A stretch of DNA of 64,000 nt from Macrostomum hystrix (lineage: Eukaryota > Animalia > Platyhelminthes): the NCBI GenBank assembly GCA_950097015.1, contig CATNEN010000001.1:21886001-21950000 (forward strand), written 5' to 3'. Below, in pieces: positions 1 to 11,193 of the stretch (position 1 is the stretch's first letter; each line of letters opens with the position of its first letter). Position numbers and translations under genes: made by a program. The notes under the pieces were generated by a model. That model had not been told where the DNA came from. It saw only the letters and a program-made list of their open reading frames with translations, and searched no databases.

Positions 1-3000
1 TCGGCTGCCTCGCCCGGCTCCAATGGCGTTGGAGTGCGCGTCACCCACCGGGTTGCCATGGCAGCCTGCCAGTGCCTGCAGACCCGCTGCGACTTGCAGC
101 TGGGCCGCGACCTGCCGGCCTGCCTTGACCTGTACAGCGGCGGCATGGCCTTCATTGTGGCCTGCCTGGCTAGCGTGGCATGCGGACATCACACCCTGCT
201 GATGCCCGCTGGTCAGTGGGAGCTCACAGCCTCGGGAGCTGCCGGGTTCCTGCAGATGCTGGCTCAGCGAACCGCTAGGGACGCCTTGTGCGGCTATGAA
301 CTGCTGGACAGATGCTGCGCCAGACTGCAGCCTGAGACTGTCAAGGTCTGTCCCGCGTGTGGCCTTGCTCGGCCTGGCTTTGGGGTGTCTGCCGGTCTAT
401 CGGGGTGTCTGTCTGTCTAATAGGGTGTCTGCCGGTCTATCGGGGTGTCTGTCTGTCTGTCTAATAGGGTGTCTGCCGGTCTATCGGGGTGTCTGTCTGT
501 CTAATAGGGTGTCTGCCTGTCTAATAGGGTGTCTGCCGGTCTATTGGGGTGTCTGTCTATCTAATAGGGTGTCTGCCTGTCTAATAGGGTGTCTGCCGGT
601 CTATTGGGGTGTCTGTCTATCTAATAGGGTGTCTGCCGGTCTATCGGGGTGTCTGTCTAATAGGGTGTCTGCCTGTCTATTGGGTGTCTGCCGGTCTATT
701 AGGGTGTCTGCCTGTCTATTGGGTGCCTGCCGGTCTATTAGGGTGTCTGCCTGTCTATTGGGGCGTCTTCCTGTCTATTAGGGTGTCTGCCTGTCTAATA
801 GGGTGTCTGCCGGTCTATTAGGGTGTCTGCCTGTCTATTAGGGTGTCTGCCTGTCTAATAGGTTGTCTGCCGGTCCATTGGGGCGTCTTCCTGTCTATTA
901 GTGTGTCTGCCTGTCTATTAGGGTGTCCTCCTGTTTATTAGGATGTCTGTCTACTCATTCTAGGCACCGGCTAGTTCTTTCTTATTCGCTCGCTTTTTTA
1001 CATGTCTATCTCTCACTTTCTTACTTTCTCGTCATTTATCGTATATTGTTTCATACATTAGTCTGATCTTCCTATTCCAAGCTTTGGATCTTAATATCAA
1101 ATGCTAAAATTAGGTCTGGTATTCTAGAATGGACCTAATAATTAGGTAGCAGCACCAATAAAGTAGATCGAGGCACTTTGGTCCTTCTAAGTATCAGTTA
1201 TTTGTGTTTAGGTCTAAAAATACTTTTTTCTTCACACGAGTTTCTACTATTGTTTATGCCACAATGACTTTAACTAGACCTTATTATTATCGAAGATTGC
1301 GCTTAAAAATATCTAAATTCTCTGTCTTGACATCAGATTTAACTGCGTTTGACTGTACTTTGTCTATCAAAATTTCATTTCGATACTAATAGCTTGGAAA
1401 CATACGTTTAGAGAAGCAGAGGTGTGTACCTGCTGTGTTAAGCCACGAATTAAAAAAATTATATAAACTTACGTTGGAAGCGCCCGATATGTATCGAAAA
1501 AAGCATTATAAATCCAATATCTTTTAATTGATCAGCAAAAGCACAGCCTGGCCAGCCTGCGCTCCCTGGTGGTTCTGGGCAACGAGCGGCCACGTGCCGA
1601 CCTGCTAGCCAAATTCGGCCGCCTCCTTGTGCCTCTGGGCCTGAGTCCCAGTGCTCTCCGCTGCTCATTTGGATGCCGCGCCGTCCCGTGCCTGACGCTG
1701 CCATCCGGCGCCACCGACTCGTCCGGCTCTGCTACCATCTACGCCGACGCCAAAGCGCTCAGAGAAGATCGCCTGGTACCAGTTGACTCGGACAGTCCCA
1801 ATGCCATTGTACTAATGGAGGCCGGACAGCCCATAGCCGATGCTCGGGTATCGCTGGCTACTCCGGCTGTGCGAGGCGCCGACGTCGGCGAGATTCTAGT
1901 GAAACTCCGCGGCAACCAGCTGGCAACCCGGACTGGCTACCTGGGCGTCATCAGACAGCTGGACGAGTCCCGGCCGCCGGCACTGTTCGTCGTCGGCTCG
2001 CTGACAGACAGCCTGACTGGGCTGGGAGGCGCCAGCGGCCTTCGCTACTATCCTGCTGATCTGGAGGCCTCCGCTATTCGCTGCCACCCTGCTGTCATTG
2101 ACTGGTGAGTGCGGCCTCCTGCTGCCTGCCTGTCTCTGGGCTGGTTAGGGGTGGGCTGTGGAGTCTGGGCTTGTTAGGGATGGGTTGTGGAGTCTGGGCT
2201 GGTTAGGGGTGGGCTGTGGAGTCTGGGCTTGTTAGGGATGGGTTGTGGAGTCTGGGCTGGTTAGGGGTGGGCTGTGGAGTCTGGGCTGGTTAGGGATTGG
2301 CTGTGGATTCTGGGCTGGTTAGGGATGGGTTGTGGAGTCTGGGCTGGTTAGGGATGGGTTGTGAAGTCTGGGCTGGTTAGGGATGGGTTGTGCAGTCTGG
2401 GCTGGTTAGGGGTGGGCTGTGGAGTCTGGCTGGTTAGGGATGGGTTGTGGAGTCTGGCTGGTTAGGGATGGGTTGTGCAGTCTGGGCTGGTTAGGGGTGG
2501 GCTGTGGAGTCTGGGCTTGTTAGGGGTGGGTTGTGGAGTCTGGGCTGGTTAGGGGTGGGCTGTGCAGTCTGGGCTGGTTAGGGGTGGGCTGTGCAGTCTG
2601 GGCTGGTTAGGGATGGGTTGTGGAGTCTTATCTGGATACCATCATTCATATTTAACTTTTCTAGCTGTCACTCAGTGCAGTTAAATGTTAGTTAACCAGC
2701 TGCTCACTGATTTTATTGGATTTTATTGAGCATGATTTCCATAAAAAGGGTTTAACTGTAGGAAAAAGAATTAAATAATCTAATAATGCTGGTTAAACTG
2801 AAACTATTTCACAGTGCCGTCTTCGCTTGCGACACTCTCTTGGCCATTGTGCTGGAGATCAACTGTCGCGAGTCTGACGCCCTGGACGCAGTGCCCCAGA
2901 GCGCGACTGCGCTGCTGCGCGAGCACCAACTGGTGGCTTCCATTGTTGTGGTGTGCGAACCTGGCGCCATTCCTACTAATAGCCGAGGCGAAAAGCTGCA

Positions 3001-3067
3001 CTCAGTTCTGCGCGATCGATTTCTCAACGACCGGCTGGACCCGGTCTATGTGGCCTACAATCTTTGA
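1..3067 (+). CDS. DIP2: Disco-interacting protein 2 (DIP2) homolog, last three coding exons (1-345, 1536-2104, 2815-3067); 5' part lies outside the window
   Basis: The spliced translation matches the second AMP-binding-like domain and C-terminus of DIP2 (VVLGNERPR, RTGYLG, LRYYPADLE, IDCAVF, PTNSRGEKLHSVLRDRFLNDRLDPVYVAYNL*; compare PINSRGEKQRMHLRDGFLADQLDPIYVAYNM). GT-AG sites at 346/1535 and 2105/2814 keep the frame. Confidence 0.9.
384..950. repeat. Degenerate ~19-23 bp minisatellite (GGGTGTCTGCC[G/T]GTCTA[A/T]TA) in DIP2 intron
   Basis: Tandem units visible directly; explains spurious ORFs 296-781 and 609-821. Confidence 0.9.
2135..2627. repeat. 29-bp G-rich minisatellite (GTCTGGGCTGGTTAGGGGTGGGCTGTGGA), ~17 copies, DIP2 intron
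   Basis: Period 29 (2161 vs 2190); each unit has TTAGGG and three GGG runs. Confidence 0.92.
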
Positions 3068-3495
3068 GGCTGCTTCGGTTGCTCATGCTTTGACAGTAGC
3101 GAGACCACGTGATATTTCAAATAGCCAACTTCACGACAGCTCCCGAACCGACTGCCCGATTTGCGTGAAAGTCCACCACATGAAGCTACATTTTCTGCCC
3201 TTTTACGATGAGCGTCGTTGTTGTCGAAGACCCTGGTGACAAGAACAAGTATAACATTGCTCTGTGTAAACCTCTATGGTTTAGATCCATATTGGCTCAG
3301 TAATATAATAATGAACAATAATAACCGACTTTGTGACATGATGAGATTTTGTGAGCAGAAAACTATGTCTATAGTTTTGCAATTCCGGAAAGTTGTTTCA
3401 TCGGATGAAGTGGAAAATTGTGGCTATTGTTCTGGATTTTTATGGCAATCGGTTGAATATTTAGCGAGATACTGAAAAAAGATGAAAATGAAACA

Positions 3496-3791
3496 GAGGT
3501 TGTAGCCTAGTGGTTAGGGCGTCGGACTCACGACTTGAAGGTCGGGGGTTCGCTCCCGACTCCACTGAAAGAATTTGTGTCCTTTAGCAAGACACTTAAC
3601 TCTGCATTGCTTCAGTTCACCCAGCTGTTAAATGGGTACCAGCACCAGCTGGGATAATTGAAGGTGGGTGTGGCGTCCCCCCAGTCCATGGACTGAACAG
3701 CTGTACGCAGCCTTCAGATGCGCCGCGCATTAGCTGCGGCTGTGCTGTCGGCTGCACATCTGGCCCGATTGCGGCAGGTGTAATCAATTAT
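3496..3791 (+). mobile_element. tRNA-derived SINE family 1 (CORE-like central domain), copy 1
   Basis: A box TAGCCTAGTGG, B box GGTTCGCTCC; body TGTGTCCTTTAGCAAGACACTTAAC...CTGTTAAATGGG resembles the MIR CORE; near-identical copies at 13384 and 56580. Confidence 0.85.
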
Positions 3792-5261
3792 AAATTAAAT
3801 TTTAATGAAAATGTGCGTATTTGAAATATCGAAATGTTTCATTAATTTTAGCGTAATTAATGAAACAAAATGTTTGTTTTCACTCATGTGTTCTTCGCGT
3901 GGCCAAATTTACCAGTTTTGTTGATATGGCGAAATTCTTACTACTTACTACTATTTAAAGACAGTAGTATGTCAAGCATAGGCGCTTTTTTTTAAGTTTG
4001 ATTTCTAGGAAATCTATTCAATGGAGATTTTTGCGTGCCTTGTTTGTCATTAATAAGCAACGATTTTTTACAGACGATCGATTGATGCACTAGTTTTTTT
4101 TTATTTGATTTAAACCAAATGTGATACTTGATTGGCAATATTTGCTGCTTATAGACTGGATTTCTAGGCCAGTCAATTTTTGCTGTGGTGTCTGGCAATT
4201 CTGGCGTAATTTTTTCCTGAGCAAATTGGAATATTCCTGAATACCTGCTTCCCATTACTATTAAAAAAAGTACAGTTTAAAATCTTTGTATTGGTTAATT
4301 TCAGTCTTTCTAGCCTTTGATCTACACAATAACAATTCTTTATAATATGATATTCATATGCCAATCTACTAATGCAGCATGGCTAACAGTTCAATTTTGA
4401 TATCAGTTTTTTATATATTGGCTGTGGCAAGTCTGTTATCAATTTGTGTCTTAACATAGTTCCTGTTGTCTTCAATTCAGTAATTTGTTATAGTTGCTCT
4501 TTTTGTGTGTGTTTTGCACGGAAATATTATACTACTACTGAGTAAGTAGTATAGTTTTACTCTATTTTTATCTGTTTTGTCTTTTTTATGACAATTTTTA
4601 ACGGTTCTAACATTCTTCGCGACAAAAATGTAACTCAATCCGGATAAGTATTTTAGCTGTAGATATTTTGCACAGCTGCTAACTGCTGTTGACCTAGTGC
4701 GTCTTTAAACCCCGATTTGAAAAAAACGTCGTTAAATAGAAAAATTACTATACTTAGAGGTACATTGTCCGCTGGATGACCAGATCAAATGACTGTTGTG
4801 AATGACTCGATTTCAACAGTCGATGACATTTGGAGTGTGCAATAAAAATAAATTAGCTCACTTTCTATTTCTCGACGTTAAAATTCATGTTTATCGAAAC
4901 AATTGAAGCCATTTTTTTCTAATTTGGTTGCAACGTCACGAATCAATGGTTTGAATGTGTTTTTGCTTTAGCTTTCTTGTGCTCAAGCTGTGTCCATTTG
5001 CAAGACTTGTAATAATAATAAAATAATTTCATTTTGTACGACCCGCAGGTACATAATATATTTGACGCAACAAACTGGTAATTGTACTAAAAGATTCCAT
5101 TGTACTGCTTTCATTGCTTTGATAAACACAGAGGGTTATTTCGCATTGTGTTTCATTTGTTTGATATTATGTAGCTTGATTTTCGTAGGGAAATTCGACA
5201 ATGTACATCAGGGAATATTAAGAAGCAAGGGGGATTCCCCTTCTAGCTCCGTCTAGATAGA

Positions 5262-5537
5262 AGTCGGTGTCCACCGAAGTCGGAGATGATGCAGGTACAT
5301 TCGGGTGACATGCTGATAAAATTTGAAGGCCTGGCAAGGCCGTACTGAGGCGCGGTGAAAATTCGTGTAGCTCTTTTGGGGGGAAATCTGACCTTTAGAC
5401 AGAACAGTTGAATATCTCGACGGTCTGAAGGGCTGGCAACTTGATTCTTGTTTCAGAAGATCAGAAGCATCAAAAGAGTTGGTCCGTGTTCTTGAGTTTC
5501 GTGTGCTTGCGTTGCTCCGTTCGGGTGCAGCACAAAA
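5262..5537. repeat. Dispersed repeat family R, copy 1 (probable non-autonomous element)
   Basis: Shares GGTGACATGCTGATAAA..GAAGGCCTGGCAAGGC, TTGAATATCTCGACG..TCTGAAG and TTGCTCCGTTCGGGTG blocks with copies at 43.3, 48.4 and 50.0 kb. Confidence 0.75.
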
Positions 5538-5906
5538 AATTAGCTTATCATTTGGTGACAGTAGACCCGCAGCCAGCGAGGTAATTCTGCCCATTCTGCT
5601 GCAACTACTGATGCAAGCAAACGCCAGTAGCCGCACGAAGGTACGCAGTCACATCATCAGGCAGTGTGCCAGCACAGACTACTTATTAAATAGTATATGA
5701 ACGTTAACTTAGTAGACCGTGTGTGTTCGTGTATCTCCATGGGCCACTCAAACCCTAGCTCTGAAAGACAAATGTACGGCACATAATGTGTCGTATCCAT
5801 CATTTTATTTGATTAAAGTAGTATTTTTCACAGTAAAGGCTTAATCGAAGGCTACTACAAGAGTGATTCAGCTTTTGTTGTTTTCGTTTTTCGCGCGCTT
5901 TGTCGT

Positions 5907-6464
5907 TTAATGTCCCGATGGCGACACGAACTCGCACAAAACATCCGAAGCAGAATATGTTTCGGCAGCATCCAGCAAATGATCCACACCTGGGAACCTA
6001 ATCACTGTATTTTCACCTGTGCCTGAGTTGCTCGGCTCTCCAGACAAACGAGCTGAAGCTGATGTTGCAGCTGATCCAGAGCCAACCACCCGCAGGCTCC
6101 GGACTGCCTGCTGGCTGGTAGCCTCCGAGCCAGAATTTTTTCACAACACTGGAGTTGAAGTATAAGGAGTCCGCGTGGCTCATCTCCGAGACGCTGGTCA
6201 CATCGGCCATGATCACCAGACCGCTCTGCGACTCGCACTTCTTTCTGCTGGGCCACCAGTAGCCGATGCCAGTGACAGTCGGTACTTCACTCCGCACTGC
6301 TCCATGCCGTAGCCAGACGGACACAGCGCGCCCGCCTCGAGTCCCGGTCGCTGCTTCACAAACACATAGCCTCTCCTTGCGCAGCCGCAGATCTTTACCG
6401 ACTTGCTGCACTTGTCGAACACGAACAGCTGACACGGACCGTCAGCCATTGTGAAGGCCTGGCA
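5907..6464 (-). pseudogene. PAN/C-type lectin pseudogene (psi): 5'-deleted, two frameshifts
   Basis: Core is homologous to the intact paralogs; 1-nt deletion near 6275 and 7-nt deletion near 6040; signal peptide and N-terminal PAN half missing; C-terminus reads SGEPSNSGTGENTVIRFPGVDHLLDAAETYSASDVLCEFVSPSGH*. Confidence 0.85.
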
Positions 6465-6717
6465 ACGCGCTTTACATGACTTTATATACTGATTTCTTTC
6501 AGTTGTCCGCAATCGTCACTGCGATTGAAGCCAAGCTTGAAAAATTGAACTGCCTTCAATTCTGGCTTCTGACACGATTCCGATTGGACAGAACCTTTCC
6601 AGAACAAGAACTACTCATTCACAGTAGTTGAACGCGAGTTTCACTTAAACTCTGTTGTGAAATCAATATGAGAGCTTAAGAATGTACCCCTTCAAATCTG
6701 TTAGGATGTGTTAGGAT

Positions 6718-6766
6718 CAGACGGACCAGCGCGCCCGCCTTGAGTCCTGGTCGCTGCTTCACAAAC
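6718..6766 (-). pseudogene. Orphan fragment of the lectin constant core
   Basis: CAGACGGAC-CAGCGCGCCCGCCTTGAGTCCTGGTCGCTGCTTCACAAAC matches the core region encoding FVKQRPGLEAGALCPS. Confidence 0.75.
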
Positions 6767-7374
6767 TAGAATAGTCTGAACAAGACGTCTCCAAACTCTT
6801 CAAATGTCTTCACAAACTATTCTTGCTATTTAGCTAGACTAGGATGAATATATAGCAGCAATCACTTGTCCATACGGATTGTTCGTTTTGGAAATATAGT
6901 CTCAAAGAGTCTCAAAAGTTCATTGCAAGCAAAGTAGCTAAGAAGTCTTACTCCAGAAAATATTGACACGAACGCAAAAACAATCTACAGCTGCATTGAA
7001 GGAATTCCTAGAAAGTCGTAAAAACCTTTCTCTAAGTCGAGATGAGTGTTGAGGCTTGAGATGTACACTAAGCAGGTTTGTCCTATCCAGTTTGTCCTCG
7101 CAGCAGAATTTTTTGTCTGGCTTCGCTTCCAAGTCATTGACAAAATACGCAATTAACGTTAGATTCCCTTCTTTCAGTACGCAATTATAGCACGTTTTTT
7201 TTAACATAAATGCAAACATCTGACTGAAATAGGCCCAAAACCTGACGACTGGGATCCGAGATCTTACAAAACCTTGTTTCTATGGCTACAACAGCAAAAT
7301 CCTCCCTTGCAGGATAAATTTGCAACAAATCGAAGTCGAAAAAGTGAGAAGCCAGAAGAGGGAACGCAGTGATA

Positions 7375-8106
7375 ATGCTCTTCATTACTTTTCAACTTCT
7401 TGCGATTCTGCAACTCGTTAATGCCAGAGAGGAGCTGTATAACAAGGTCAATGCAAGCCTCTGCGTGCAAAAGAGATACGCCGAGGAACACTTTCACAAA
7501 AACAAGCTTGCATGCGCAGCTCTGTGCAGTGGCAACCCGCGATGTCAGGCCTTCACAATGGCTGACGGTCCGTGTCAGCTGTTCGTGTTCGACAAGTGCA
7601 GCAAGTCGGTAAAGATCTGCGGCTGCTCAAGGAGAGGCCAGGTGTTTGTGAAGCAGCGACCGGGACTCGAGGCGGGCGCGCTGTGTCCGTCTGGCTACGG
7701 CATGGAGCAGTGCGGAGTGAAGTACCGACTGTACACTGGCATCGGCTACTGGTGGCCCAGCAGACAGAAGTGCGAGTCGGAGAGCGGTCTGGTGATCATG
7801 GCCGACGTGACCAGCGTCTCGGAGATGAGCCACGTGGACTCCATCTGCTCGAACTATAGTAAAGGAGCTGCAGTGTGGCTCGGAGGCTACCAGCCAGCAG
7901 GCAGTCCTGAGCCTGCGGGTGGTTGGCTCTGGATCAGCTGCAACATCAGCGTCTATGCAGCTCTGTGGGCCACAGCAGAGCCCAACGACGGATTTGGAGC
8001 TGAAAATGTAGCCGCACGATTTCATGTGAAGCAAGGCCTCATTGACGTCAATGAAACATTTTCTGTTACTGATGTGCTTTGTGAGTGCACGTCTCCGCTT
8101 AACTGA
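7375..8106 (+). CDS. Secreted PAN/Apple + C-type lectin domain protein, copy A (intronless)
   Basis: Hydrophobic signal peptide MLFITFQLLAILQLVNA; PAN Cys pattern CAALC-x5-CQAF...CQL; CTLD motifs CPSGY, WLGG, WLW, W...EPN...EN, VLCE. First ATG is at 7375 (the ORF track starts at GTG 7369). Confidence 0.88.
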   Translation: MLFITFQLLAILQLVNAREELYNKVNASLCVQKRYAEEHFHKNKLACAALCSGNPRCQAFTMADGPCQLFVFDKCSKSVKICGCSRRGQVFVKQRPGLEAGALCPSGYGMEQCGVKYRLYTGIGYWWPSRQKCESESGLVIMADVTSVSEMSHVDSICSNYSKGAAVWLGGYQPAGSPEPAGGWLWISCNISVYAALWATAEPNDGFGAENVAARFHVKQGLIDVNETFSVTDVLCECTSPLN

Positions 8107-9733
8107 TCCCTCGCACTCAATGCAAATCGACTCGGAGCTGTGCCGGACAATGCAGGCATAGTATTAAGTTGTCCAGGTGTGTTAATGAGATTTGAGTTGA
8201 ATTCCGCTCTCTTTTGTCTGTCTCCGAACACTACGGTCGTTGACTGCAATCAACGTGAAATCGAGCTTTAAAAGATGATTTGATAATTTTTCTAATTTTG
8301 CTTTTTCTAGTCGCGAAACCAAAATTTTTACATGAAGACGTTTATTTGATGTGATACTTACTCATACATACTTATACTAGAAAACATCCTTGCTAGCAGG
8401 ACTAGAACAGCAAAAATAATAAAGTCGCCTAAAAGTATTTGTTTATTATGAACAAAAGTGAATGTATATTATGTGAAGCAGCAGATCGTTTTAATAAATA
8501 GTTTCTTGCCGCGAAAGCTGTGTATTTTTAATAAGTTTTTTTCAAATTCTGTTGAATATATTCTTCTTTGTTCCAAATATACCTGTAATGTGAGTTCACA
8601 AATTAAACCTTTTATCAAATATATATTTCAGCTTCTCAAAAAAAAATTTGACTCCCTAAAAGTTAACGCCACGAGTTGGCAATTCTGTTGCTCATTTCCG
8701 CGCGGTGTGGACTTTTATGCTGAGATTTTCGAATTTCAGTTTAAATTCGATTACAGTTGCGCGAATCGGCAAATGTTGTGTTAATAACCTAGGCTTTCGG
8801 GATCTGGAGTCATTAACGTGACACCCTAGCATACACCCCAGCGCATGCCCCTGTGTTCGGTTCAACAATAAAACTCTGAGGACACATTCATAAGCAAAGT
8901 AGCGTTCACAAGCCTATAGGTGCTCAACAAGCCTCAAGCCTTCTCTCAAAAGGCGTCTCTAACTAAAAAAAGTTGCTATTTTGAAAAAAATATTACACTC
9001 TTTCGTGTCTTGAAGCAGTGAGTTTCAGCTCAGAATGGAAGCTACTACGAGTATATTGATCTTTTTATCTCACGGCCCTTCATCGTGGCTCATGAAAGCG
9101 TGACACAATACCTTTTCTAATAGCCTAAAAACTGTCTAAAAGTCATCGCTAGTCACCTGGAAAAGTCCCAGCTTTGAAGCCCTTACCTAACACAACTCAT
9201 TCTTTTTGTGGAATCTGCTGAATTGCTATGCGAGGCTAGTTATTGCCACACTAAAAGATCCCCAACCAAAAATGGTACGACAAAAGCTTGTTTGAGCTCA
9301 AATCGATGAAGTTTGTGAATAGATGCTATTATAGAAGGGGACAAAGTTCTTCTTGGTAACGAAGCAACAAGTTAAACGATCGGCTTTAAAAATCACCGGC
9401 ATCAACTTTTCTGCCAAAACAGACAATATTCGATGAATATAAAATAAATGGAGTCCAGATTTAGTCAGATCTGCTGAAAACCGATATTGCTACTTCGCTT
9501 GACCAGGGAACGTTTTAGGAACCTGGAAATTCGAATAAATCGAGTTCGTTACTCTTCAGACACTTTGCTTGCACATTTTGCCTTGAAAACATTTTTGACG
9601 TCAGCGATTTGTTATAAATTACTCTTATTTAAAGCAAACTGAGAATGATAGGCAATGCTAGGTTCTAAGATAAATCTATATCTAGTCACAGTGTCATCAA
9701 ACAGTAGCAAAAAGTCCTGATTTCGAGTTAGAA

Positions 9734-10477
9734 TCAGTCAAATGGTGACACGCACTCGCACAGGACGTCGAAGGCATTGAATCTTTCGGAAGCGTCGAGT
9801 AATTTAGTTTGGCCAGGGTACCGGATAACCTTGTTTTCAGTGGATCCGGCATTGTTGGGCTCTCCGCTTCTCCAAACGAACGAGCTGAAGCTGATGTTGC
9901 AGCCGACCCAGAGCCAACCGCCCGCTGGCTCCGGACTGCCTGCTGGCTGGTATCCTCCAAGCCACACTGTTCTTCCGACACTGAAGTTCGAGCAGATGGA
10001 GTCCACGTGGCTCATCTCCGAGACGCTGGTCACGTCGGCCATGATCACCAGACCGCTCTCCGACTCGCACTTCTGTCTGCTGGGCGACCAGTAGCCGATG
10101 CCAGTGTACAGTCGGTACTTCACTCCGCACTGCTCCATGCCGTAGCCAGACGGACACAGCGCGCCCGCCTCGAGTCCCGGTCGCTGCTTCACAAACACCT
10201 GGCCTCTCCTTGAGCAGCCGCAGATCCTCACCGACTTGCTGCACTTGTCGAACACGAACAGCTGACACGGACCGTCAGCCATTGTGAAGGCCTGGCATCG
10301 CGGGTTGCCACTGCAAATTACACTGCAGTAAAAAATGTCCTGCAAATTTGATTTAGTCTCGATGAAGTCTCCGTTGATGCACAGGTTAGCGTCAACGAGG
10401 TTGTAGATGTCTTCACTTGCACCGCAGATTCGCAAGCACAGACTCATCAGCCCAAGAGCCCTTGGAATCCAAAACAT
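9734..10477 (-). CDS. Secreted PAN/Apple + C-type lectin domain protein, copy B (intronless)
   Basis: ATG 10477, signal peptide MFWIPRALGLMSLCLRICGA, same architecture, EPNN motif. Confidence 0.88.
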   Translation of the reverse strand: MFWIPRALGLMSLCLRICGASEDIYNLVDANLCINGDFIETKSNLQDIFYCSVICSGNPRCQAFTMADGPCQLFVFDKCSKSVRICGCSRRGQVFVKQRPGLEAGALCPSGYGMEQCGVKYRLYTGIGYWSPSRQKCESESGLVIMADVTSVSEMSHVDSICSNFSVGRTVWLGGYQPAGSPEPAGGWLWVGCNISFSSFVWRSGEPNNAGSTENKVIRYPGQTKLLDASERFNAFDVLCECVSPFD

Positions 10478-11032
10478 TGCAGTAGTCTTTTATCTGGTCT
10501 TCCTTTTCTTTGTTTTAAAGTAAATCCTTCTTGCCTTATCAAGAATTCACCTGCTTCCATTCCGAACGCGCTTTACATGACTTTATATGCTGATTTCTTT
10601 CAGTTGTCTGCAATCGTCACTGCGATTGAAGCCAAGCTTGAAAAATTGAACTGCCTTCAATTCTGGCTTCTGACACGATTCCGATTGGACAGAGCGTTTC
10701 CAGAACAAGAACTACTCATTCACAGTAGTACAACACGAGTTTCACTTAAGCTCTGTTGTGAAAGCAGTATGAGAGCTTCAGAATGTACCCCTTCAAATCT
10801 GTTAGGATCTAAGTCGTCGCCTTGGAGGTGGAAATGCGATTTGTTTATTGCTGGAGACTAACAACGTAATACTTTGCTGTAAGCGTATAGTTTCTTTCCA
10901 GTATTGTTTCGGTAAAGTTCAAAGAGTTCTTGGTAGGCAAATAACCAACGTATGACTCGTCACAAGGAACCGCAGACTCCTGACAGGTGTCTCTGTCAGG
11001 AGTATTGATCTCTGATCCCTGATTTTGATCCC

Positions 11033-11193
11033 TGCTTGGCCACCAGTCGATGTCGATATCGATAGTCGATGTCCGTGTACAGTCGGTACTTCACTCCGCA
11101 CTGCTCCGCGCCGTAGCCAGACGGACATAGCGCGCCAGCATCGAGTCCCGGAGCCAGACGGACACAGCGCGCCAGCCTCGAGTCCCAGTCGCT
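11033..11193 (-). pseudogene. Degenerate orphan fragment of the lectin constant core with an internal tandem duplication
   Basis: GTGTACAGTCGGTACTTCACTCCGCACTGCTCC...AGCCAGACGGACA matches the core; a ~37-bp block is duplicated. Confidence 0.75.

Noticed and set aside
3496-3570. tRNA gene
   Set aside because: It is the tRNA-like head of a SINE: it continues into a shared body and tail in three copies and lacks a proper acceptor stem.
5324-5337. TGAAGGCCTGGCAA shared between repeat R and the lectin core/psi breakpoint
   Set aside because: Only 13-14 nt with no extended homology; likely chance.
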